DNA from: an uncultured Candidatus Saccharibacteria bacterium
GTDB lineage: Bacteria; Patescibacteriota; Minisyncoccia; Phycocordibacterales; XYD1-FULL-46-19
DNA: 40,787 nt
Direction of reading: 5' to 3'
Assembly (NCBI GenBank): GCA_964355855.1
Contig: CAYHFD010000004.1
Span: 1 to 40,787, forward strand
Shown here: piece after piece, positions 8,365 to 14,895 of the stretch
Layout of the letters: every line of letters starts with the position of its first letter
Numbering within the stretch: position 1 is the first letter of the stretch
Notes under the pieces: generated by a model
Seen by the model: the letters and a program-made list of their open reading frames with translations, nothing else
What the model was told of the DNA's origin: nothing
Database searches by the model: none
Translations under genes and position numbers: made by a program

Positions 8365-9138
8365 ATGGACACACAAATTAAAAATATTTTAGGAATTGTA
8401 ATTATTGTTGTGTTGGTGGTAGGGGCAGGGTCGGCCATTGTTTTTACTAGGGCTTTTTCTAAATCGGTAAATCCGGCGTCGACCAGAAGCTTTACGGTGA
8501 CAGGAGAGGGGGAAATTATGGCGACACCAGATATTGCTGATTTTTCCTTTAGCGTTGTTTCTCAAAGGGGGGCTGATTTAACCGCTCTTCAGGCTGATAA
8601 TACGACTAAAGTTAATAAGGTAATTGAATATCTTAAAGCTCAAGGGATAGAGGCTAAAGATATTAAAACTTCTGGTTATAATGTTAGCCCGCAATACGAA
8701 TACTATCAGTGTAAGCCAAACGGTGTTTGTCCACCGGCCCGTATCACTGGCTATGAAGTAAATCAAACAGTAGCGGTCAAGGTTCGTGATTTTGCTAAGG
8801 TTGGACCACTGCTTTCGGGGGTAGTAAAAAATGGAGCCAACTCTGTTTCTAGCTTGGAATTTAGACTAGAAGATCCAACTGGGGCACAAAATGATGCTCG
8901 AACCGAGGCTATTGCTAAGGCTAAAGCTCAAGCGAAAGAAGTGGCCAAGGCTGGTGGATTTCGTTTAGGTAAACTTCTGTCTATTGAAGAAGTAAATGGT
9001 TATATGCCATTTGCTTATGGCCGAGGTGGTAGCGTAATGATGGCTGAACAGGATAGTAAGCAGGCCATAACTCCAACAGTAGAACCGGGTAGTAATTCGG
9101 TCAAAATACAAGTAATTTTACATTACGAAATTAAGTAA
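8365..9138 (+). CDS. SIMPL (DUF541) domain protein
   Basis: TVTGEGEI.ATPDIA, DIKTSGYNVSPQY, ARTEAIAKAKAQA, LGKLLSIEE, PG. Confidence 0.92.
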   Translation: MDTQIKNILGIVIIVVLVVGAGSAIVFTRAFSKSVNPASTRSFTVTGEGEIMATPDIADFSFSVVSQRGADLTALQADNTTKVNKVIEYLKAQGIEAKDIKTSGYNVSPQYEYYQCKPNGVCPPARITGYEVNQTVAVKVRDFAKVGPLLSGVVKNGANSVSSLEFRLEDPTGAQNDARTEAIAKAKAQAKEVAKAGGFRLGKLLSIEEVNGYMPFAYGRGGSVMMAEQDSKQAITPTVEPGSNSVKIQVILHYEIK

Positions 9139-9146
9139 TGTCTGAC

Positions 9147-9186
9147 AAAAAACCGGCCGGCGCCTTTGGGCGCCGGCCGGTTTTTT
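9147..9186 (+). terminator. Intrinsic terminator (bidirectional form)
   Basis: A6-CCGGCCGGCGCC-TTTG-GGCGCCGGCCGG-T6. Confidence 0.9.
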
Positions 9187-9188
9187 GA

Positions 9189-9216
9189 TTGAAAAAAAAT
9201 TTAGAAATGCTATACT
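9189..9216 (+). promoter_or_regulatory. Probable pyk promoter
   Basis: TTGAAA-16 nt-TATACT with an extended TGc. Confidence 0.6.
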
Positions 9217-9226
9217 AACACCAAAT

Positions 9227-9400
9227 GAATTACCCACGCCCTAACGGGACGGGGTATCTTCATTTTTGAGAACCCACAGTTCTCAACACTCGCTTCGCTC
9301 GCTGCTTTCCTTCACGGGAAACCCGCAGGGTTTCCCGTCCCCATCCGGCATTCCCGAATTCATCCCGCGAGCTGACGCTCGGGGAATTCTTCGGGAATTA
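9227..9400 (+). mobile_element. Non-autonomous miniature element with IS200/IS605-like subterminal hairpins
   Basis: GC-rich island of four tandem hairpins (9231-9256, 9266-9286, 9314-9338, 9350-9398). GAATTA occurs at both ends. No transposase is present. Confidence 0.55.
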
Positions 9401-9429
9401 TTAAAAATGTTTAAAAATATCGAGTATTT

Positions 9430-9455
9430 GACTCGGAAGCCCAGCTTTCCGAGTC
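9430..9455. repeat. REP-like palindrome upstream of pyk
   Basis: GACTCGGAA-GCCCAGCT-TTCCGAGTC. Confidence 0.5.
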
Positions 9456-9477
9456 TCTGTAATTTTAGCTAAACCAT

Positions 9478-10908
9478 ATGTATAGAAAGAAAACCAAGAT
9501 CGTGGCCACTATCGGCCCAGTGACTTCCTCGGAGGAAATGCTAACGAAGCTCCTCAAAGCTGGGCTTAATATTGTTCGTCTCAATTTTTCGCACGGTGAT
9601 TTTGCCGAGCACCAAACCAAGATTGATAATCTTAAAAAAGCGATGTTTAAAACTGGCATACCAGCGGCTGTTATGCAGGACCTAGGTGGACCAAAAATTC
9701 GTACTGGTGATTTTTCAACCGAAACGGTCACACTTAAACCTGGTCAAATATTTACTATTACCACCGATAAGATTATTGGTGATGAAACTAGGGTGTCGGT
9801 AAACTATGCCCCTTTGCCCAAAGAGGTAAAAAAAGGGAGTTTTATTTTACTTCATGATGGTAAGAAAAAATTGGAGATTATTGAAATAAAAGGCAATAAT
9901 GTTATTTGTAAAGTGATTGTTGGTGGTGAAATGAAGGGCCGGCGGGGTATAAATTTGCCAGGGGCTCATCTCTCGATTAGCTCCCTTACCGACAAAGATA
10001 AAAAAGATTTAATTTTTGGTATAAAAAATAAAGTTGATTTTGTGGCTTTTTCCTTTGTTCGCCGGGCCGAAGATATTCGGGAATTGCGTCGGTTATTAGA
10101 AAAAGCCAAATCAAAAGCGAAAATTATTGCTAAATTAGAAGATGTTGAAGGTTTAGAGAATATTGATCAAATTATTGAATTGGTAGACGGGGTGATGGTG
10201 GCTCGAGGTGATATGGCGATTGAGATAGGGGCCGAAAACGTGCCGATGGTCCAAAAAATGATTATCAAAAAATGCAATGAGCTGGGTAAACTGGTTATAA
10301 CAGCTACCCACATGTTGGAATCAATGATCAAAAATCCAGTTCCAACTCGCGCCGAAGTTTCTGATATTGCTAATGCAATTTTTGATGGTACCGATGCCAT
10401 TATGTTGTCGGAAGAAACTACGCTTGGTGAACACCCGGTGGAAGCGGTTGAGGTGATGACCAAGGTGGCCGAAAAAACCGAAAAACATGAAATGTATCAG
10501 CATATGGTGGCCGATATGCAAAAATTAAAACATGAGAGTATTGGCGAGCGCGTTTCTGATGCTGTTACCAATGAAGCGGTGGATATTGCCAATGCGGTTA
10601 AAGCTAAAGCCATTATTGCTCTGACTAATTCTGGTTTTACGGCCCGGATGATTTCTCGCTACAAACCATTTCAACCGATTATAGGTTTTACTCCTAATGA
10701 AGTAACGGCGCGCCAACTTCTTTTGTCTTTTGGGGTAGTGCCAGTAGCCATTAAAAAATTTAAAAATTTTCATGAAGTTTTACCACTCATTCGCAGTCAT
10801 TGTTTAAAGGAAAAATTAGTTAAAAAGGGTGATAAGGTGGTGGTTTCGGTTGGCTATCCTTTTGGTCAGTCGATTGATACGAATATGATAATGGTGGAAA
10901 CGATTTAG
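9478..10908 (+). CDS. pyk: Pyruvate kinase
   Basis: TKIVATIGP, RLNFSHG, DLGGPKIR, VMVARGDM, PTRAEVSDIANAIFDGTDAIMLSEET. Confidence 0.98.
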   Translation: MYRKKTKIVATIGPVTSSEEMLTKLLKAGLNIVRLNFSHGDFAEHQTKIDNLKKAMFKTGIPAAVMQDLGGPKIRTGDFSTETVTLKPGQIFTITTDKIIGDETRVSVNYAPLPKEVKKGSFILLHDGKKKLEIIEIKGNNVICKVIVGGEMKGRRGINLPGAHLSISSLTDKDKKDLIFGIKNKVDFVAFSFVRRAEDIRELRRLLEKAKSKAKIIAKLEDVEGLENIDQIIELVDGVMVARGDMAIEIGAENVPMVQKMIIKKCNELGKLVITATHMLESMIKNPVPTRAEVSDIANAIFDGTDAIMLSEETTLGEHPVEAVEVMTKVAEKTEKHEMYQHMVADMQKLKHESIGERVSDAVTNEAVDIANAVKAKAIIALTNSGFTARMISRYKPFQPIIGFTPNEVTARQLLLSFGVVPVAIKKFKNFHEVLPLIRSHCLKEKLVKKGDKVVVSVGYPFGQSIDTNMIMVETI

Positions 10909-10952
10909 GGTAACTGGATTTGCGCTAGGGTATACGGTAACATGCTAATTAC

Positions 10953-11174
10953 ATGTATATCTATGTGAAAGTAAAAGCTAAAGCTAAAACCGAAGAGTTG
11001 TCTGAAGTTGGACCTAACCGCTTTACAATATGTGTTCGCGAGGCGGCCCAAAGAGGAGAGGCAAATAAAAGGGTTTTAGAAATAGTGGCCACTCATTTGG
11101 GACGGCCCCTTTCGGCGGTACGGATATTTAGTGGACACACAACACCAAATAAACTCCTGTCAATTAAAGACTAA
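10953..11174 (+). CDS. DUF167 (YggU/UPF0235) family protein
   Basis: VKVKAKAK...V.EAAQRGEAN...V.IFSG.T..NK. Confidence 0.85.
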   Translation: MYIYVKVKAKAKTEELSEVGPNRFTICVREAAQRGEANKRVLEIVATHLGRPLSAVRIFSGHTTPNKLLSIKD

Positions 11175-11251
11175 TTTTTTGTTTTTAGCTAGGGAGTAGT
11201 ATAATTAATAGTAGAATTGAATATTAATTAATCTTAACTTTTTCTTATGAA

Positions 11252-11367
11252 TCCCGTTAGAAGCCGCGGTCGACAAATCTTAATATACAATATAATATGA
11301 AAGTCTGGTTGAATATTTATCAATCTAATTATAAACAGGCGCGTACCGCGACCTGCTTCTAACGAGA
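11252..11367 (+). repeat. Structured palindromic element, copy 2 (GTTAGA...TCTAA family), in the hpf leader
   Basis: TCCCGTTAGAAGC pairs with GCTTCTAACGAGA (one mismatch). Inner stem CGCGGT/ACCGCG and 3' bulge ACCT. Confidence 0.75.
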
Positions 11368-11735
11368 TGAAAACCAATGTTAAGACGACAAATATGGTAA
11401 TGACTCCAGCCATTGAGCAGTATCTGAGCTTTAAGATTGCCAAGGTCGGGAAATATATAGATGAGTCAAATGGGGAAGCTATGGTAGACATTGAAGTAGG
11501 TAAAACAACTGAACATCATCGTCGCGGCCAGTTATTTAAGGCCGAGATCAATCTAGTGGTACCCGGGCAATCACTTCGTCGAGCCAATGTTGAGGGCTAT
11601 GATCTTTATACGGCTATCGTGGAAGCCCGCGATGAAATTGTAAGACAAATTACGATGACTCATGATAAAAAAACCGCTCTGTTTCGGCGGGGGGCGCGGA
11701 AAATTAAAAATATGATGAGAAAGTCTAATAATTAA
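11367..11735 (+). CDS. raiA: Ribosome hibernation factor / ribosome-associated inhibitor (short HPF/RaiA)
   Basis: N+K..NM.MTPAIEQY...KI.K, FKAEINL.VPG, DLYTAI pattern of the sigma54-modulation/S30EA family. Confidence 0.88.
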   Translation: MKTNVKTTNMVMTPAIEQYLSFKIAKVGKYIDESNGEAMVDIEVGKTTEHHRRGQLFKAEINLVVPGQSLRRANVEGYDLYTAIVEARDEIVRQITMTHDKKTALFRRGARKIKNMMRKSNN

Positions 11736-11759
11736 GCTTAAAATTAAATAAATTAAAAT

Positions 11760-12410
11760 ATGAATTTGAAATTGCTTTGGGCAATCATTGTGGTGGCAGT
11801 AGTGGGGGCAATGATACTAATGGGTTTTCTTAATAAAAAAAATAATATAAATATAATGAGTGAGGAAAATAGTAATGCAACAACCACAGTCGATGCTTAT
11901 GGAATAAATCCCGTGGCGGTATTTGAGACCAATCAAGGTAATTTCGAAATTGAGTTACAGCTCGACAAAATGCCGATTACGGCCGGTAATTTTGTGAAGC
12001 TGGCCAAAGCTGGTTTTTACGATGGGACTCGTTTTCACCGCGTAATTAAAGATTTTATGATCCAGGGTGGGGATCCATTAACCAAAAGTCAGCCGGAAAA
12101 TGTCGCGATTCATGGCACTGGCGGGCCGGGTTATGCGATAGAAGACGAGTTTGTGGCGGGGCAGTCTAATGGGCGTGGGACAATTTCGATGGCTAATTCC
12201 GGGCCAAACTCGGGCGGTAGCCAGTTTTTTATCAACCTGGTGGACAATACTTTTCTTGATTTTGACAACCCAATAAGCCAAGGCAAGCACCCGGTTTTTG
12301 GCAAGGTGGTGAGTGGGATGGACGTGGTGGACAAAATCGGTTTGTTACCAACGGTACCAGGCGACCGGCCGGTGGAAGCGGTGATTGTAAATAAAGTGAC
12401 AATCCGATAA
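11760..12410 (+). CDS. Cyclophilin-type peptidyl-prolyl cis-trans isomerase with N-terminal membrane anchor
   Basis: P.TAGNFV.LA..GFYDGTRFHRVIKDFMIQGGDP, ISMANSGPNSGGSQFFIN, HPVFGKV. Confidence 0.95.
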   Translation: MNLKLLWAIIVVAVVGAMILMGFLNKKNNINIMSEENSNATTTVDAYGINPVAVFETNQGNFEIELQLDKMPITAGNFVKLAKAGFYDGTRFHRVIKDFMIQGGDPLTKSQPENVAIHGTGGPGYAIEDEFVAGQSNGRGTISMANSGPNSGGSQFFINLVDNTFLDFDNPISQGKHPVFGKVVSGMDVVDKIGLLPTVPGDRPVEAVIVNKVTIR

Positions 12411-12502
12411 AGTTTTCAACAGCCACTATTAAATGTTTAACGATAATTGATTTATACTAAGATAGTATTGGTAAAAATTTATAAATCTAAACTAAAATAT
12501 TT

Positions 12503-12565
12503 ATGGCTAAAAGTGGCGATCGACAAAAGAGGGAGATAAAGAAACCAAAGAAGAATAAAAAATAA
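12503..12565 (+). CDS. Lys-rich 20-aa micropeptide (not in the ORF track)
   Basis: MAKSGDRQKREIKKPKKNKK*. TATACT lies upstream and a strong terminator overlaps the stop. Confidence 0.55.
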   Translation: MAKSGDRQKREIKKPKKNKK

Positions 12566-12603
12566 CCTAAAAATCCCGCCCCTGCGGGATTTTTAGGTTA
12601 TTT
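12560..12603 (+). terminator. Intrinsic terminator
   Basis: AAATAACCTAAAAATCCCGC-CCCT-GCGGGATTTTTAGGTTATTT. Confidence 0.85.
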
Positions 12604-12669
12604 GTTTTTATTTATGTTTTTAACTATAAAGACCAAAATAACGATAAAATTGGCCATTTTTTGATCAAC

Positions 12670-12699
12670 TTGACTAAATACATTTTAGTATGCTATAAT
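12670..12699 (+). promoter_or_regulatory. Strong sigma70-type promoter of the orphan membrane gene
   Basis: TTGACT-18 nt-TATAAT with an extended TGc. Confidence 0.7.
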
Positions 12700-12767
12700 G
12701 TTAGGTAGGACCAGTGAAATGTAAGTAACTGGTATTTTGAAAATGACGATCAAGATCGGAGGTCGCA

Positions 12768-13400
12768 GTGTACGAAGCAACAGTTATTTTGACGGCATTT
12801 TTCATGATGCTGTCGGCGGTGTACTATGTACGCTGCGCTCTCGCCGGTAAATCGAATCCGGTGCCCGCGACCTGGATTCTAATGTTGGTGGTGATGGGCT
12901 TGTCCTTCTGGATGTACTTTGAAAGTCCACACCGGTCGTGGACGGCGAATATTGCCGTTACCGCCGGGGTGTTTAATGTTTGGTACATCTTGTGCGGAGT
13001 GGTCTTGGCTAACCACAAACATGGTACTTTGCGGATCGCTTTTGATCGACCACAGATTTTCTGCTCGGTGGCCGGTGGAGTAGTGGTTGGATTCTGGTTT
13101 TTGACCGACCGACCGCTCATCGCTTACACTTTGGTTCAGATAATTGCTCTCATCGCCTATGTGGCGACAATCCGTCGCTTACTCAAGGTGACCAAGAGTA
13201 CCGAGCCGATGTTCCAGTGGGTGGCGGTGCTTATAGCCACGATATTTGCTATCTACCCCGCTTGGGAAAGGATGGATCCGTTCTCGTGGATTTATCTGGC
13301 TCGGGCTCTTCCCTCGACCGCCCTGATGGTCTTCTTGATTGGAAGGATCAAGTGGCGGACCTGGTTGCAGGGGTGTGAGCTAGCCGACATGATGGCATAG
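12768..13400 (+). CDS. Multi-pass membrane protein (about 6-7 TM; PQ-loop/SWEET-like repeat pattern)
   Basis: Two repeats of the 'helix-K-S/T-x-P-x-x-x-W' pattern (KSNPVPATW; KSTEPMFQW). GGAGG lies before the GTG start. Confidence 0.7.
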   Translation: MYEATVILTAFFMMLSAVYYVRCALAGKSNPVPATWILMLVVMGLSFWMYFESPHRSWTANIAVTAGVFNVWYILCGVVLANHKHGTLRIAFDRPQIFCSVAGGVVVGFWFLTDRPLIAYTLVQIIALIAYVATIRRLLKVTKSTEPMFQWVAVLIATIFAIYPAWERMDPFSWIYLARALPSTALMVFLIGRIKWRTWLQGCELADMMA

Positions 13401-13421
13401 GGCTAGCAATCAGTTTTGTGG

Positions 13422-13456
13422 GCCGTAGATGGTGTTTTTCACTACTTACGGCTTTT
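13422..13456 (+). terminator. Intrinsic terminator
   Basis: GCCGTAGATGGTG-TTTTT-CACTACTTACGGC-TTTT. Confidence 0.6.
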
Positions 13457-13463
13457 ATTATCT

Positions 13464-14387
13464 TTATTTAAAGAATTTTCCATCCATCTCTTTTTTTCCT
13501 TCGGGGAGGACGCGATCGATGATAAGTTGGTTATTTTCTAAATGAGCTTTTTTGATAAGGATGCGGGTTGGTTGGCCATTGTGTTCGGTAAAAAAGTAGG
13601 TGCCAGGCCAGTCGCTAAAGGCCTTGATTTTCCGATAGTTTTGGCTGGGATCAGCAGTTAAATCAATTTCACCATCAGCCTTGGTAATCTTTTTGGTATA
13701 GGTCGCGGCGGTGTGATTCTGCTCGGTGCCCCGGATTTTGCCGGCGACGAAGTCGGGCAAAATCCGGGCAAACATCTGCGCGCCAAGTTTAGCAGTCTCG
13801 TCACGTAGGGTAAAATAATTTTGATCGGTCAGGGTAATTTTTTCTTGGGCCAAAATTAGGCCGTGATCCATTTCCTCATCTACTTGCAAAAGGGTAACAC
13901 CAGTTTCAGTGTCGCCCGATAAAATTGAGGCCTCGAGGGGGGTAGCCCCGCGGTATTTGGGGATAAGTGAGGGATGGATATTTATAAAACCGAGACGGGG
14001 GATGTCCAAAAGGGCTGGTGGTAAAATTTTGCCATAAGAGGCGACTAGGGCTAGGTCGAAAGCGGGAACCGGAGCGGGCAACTCCACCGCGGAGCCTTGC
14101 GCAGACTGGCGAGGCGAGCAGAGCAATTTTTCAGTAGAAAAATATGTGTGCTCCGCGGTGGAGCTTGCGAGCGGAGGTTTTAAACTAAGTGGTTGTATTA
14201 CCTCGATATTTTTTTCATCGGCCCAGACTTTTACTGGCGAGGGAGTGAGCAACATTTTTCGGCCCTGCGGTTTATCGGGCGTAGTCACAATTAAGCTTGG
14301 TTTTAGACCAAGTAAAACCAGTTCGTCTAAAACAGTGGTGGCAAAATAGTCGGTCCCAAAAAAGGCAAAATTAGTGTTTTTCACCAT
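13464..14387 (-). CDS. fmt: Methionyl-tRNA formyltransferase with an internal insertion
   Basis: FFGT..FA, VTTPDKPQGR, VASYGKILP, INIHPSLIPKYRGATP, TGVT...DEEMDHG. Lies next to def. Confidence 0.95.
   Translation of the reverse strand: MVKNTNFAFFGTDYFATTVLDELVLLGLKPSLIVTTPDKPQGRKMLLTPSPVKVWADEKNIEVIQPLSLKPPLASSTAEHTYFSTEKLLCSPRQSAQGSAVELPAPVPAFDLALVASYGKILPPALLDIPRLGFINIHPSLIPKYRGATPLEASILSGDTETGVTLLQVDEEMDHGLILAQEKITLTDQNYFTLRDETAKLGAQMFARILPDFVAGKIRGTEQNHTAATYTKKITKADGEIDLTADPSQNYRKIKAFSDWPGTYFFTEHNGQPTRILIKKAHLENNQLIIDRVLPEGKKEMDGKFFK
14078..14168. repeat. Palindromic element translated in frame within fmt
   Basis: GCAACTCCACCGCGGAGC (14078-14095) and GCTCCGCGGTGGAGCTTGC (14150-14168) form an inverted repeat, with an internal ATTTTTC-AGTA-GAAAAAT hairpin. 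Confidence 0.75.
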
Positions 14388-14874
14388 CGTTTATTTTATG
14401 TTCGTATAAACCGACGGCATGATCGATAAACAAAATGCCGTCCAGATGGTCAATTTCATGTTGAAAAATTTGGGCCATTAGACCAGTCCCATTCCAATTA
14501 AACCGATTGCCATTTTCGTCATAGGCCTGAACGGTCGCTTTATCGGCGCGTTTGGTTTGACCATAAATATGGCGGACTGATAGACAGCCTTCGTCTAGAG
14601 TCACTTTTTTCTTAGATAGTTTTATTATTTCAGGATTTATAAATACTGCATCACTGTCACTGTCAGAAAAAAGTTTTTTAGACACTAAAAATATTCTAAG
14701 TGATACCCCAATTTGGGGCGCGGCGATGGCCACACCGTCTGGACAACTAGCTAGAGCTGTCGACATATTAGAAATAATTTTACTTATTTTAGTCGTCTCA
14801 ATATCCGACAACAAAACTATTGCGGAGTTTTTTCTTAGGGTAGGGTTGTCTTTCTGAATAATACTTTTAGCCAT
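14371..14874 (-). CDS. def: Peptide deformylase
   Basis: GVAIAAPQIG, EGCLS, QHEIDHLDG. Confidence 0.97.
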   Translation of the reverse strand: MAKSIIQKDNPTLRKNSAIVLLSDIETTKISKIISNMSTALASCPDGVAIAAPQIGVSLRIFLVSKKLFSDSDSDAVFINPEIIKLSKKKVTLDEGCLSVRHIYGQTKRADKATVQAYDENGNRFNWNGTGLMAQIFQHEIDHLDGILFIDHAVGLYEHKINDGEKH

Positions 14875-14895
14875 AGATTAACTATAACACAACTT

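Noticed and set aside
9266-9472. 68-aa ORF upstream of pyk
   Set aside because: It runs through the hairpin element, has a TTG start and no protein-like features, so it is better explained as a by-product of the repeat.
11175-11366. Known raiA-motif RNA upstream of raiA
   Set aside because: The region is AT-rich with a single long stem and matches the element at gpmI. It does not look like the larger multi-stem raiA motif of Firmicutes/Actinobacteria. An Rfam scan would settle it.
11247-11366. TGA read-through (genetic code 25) extending HPF N-terminally
   Set aside because: TGA clearly terminates rseP, rsmH and ORF 5221-5457 (two with ATGA overlaps), and no conserved gene shows an internal TGA.
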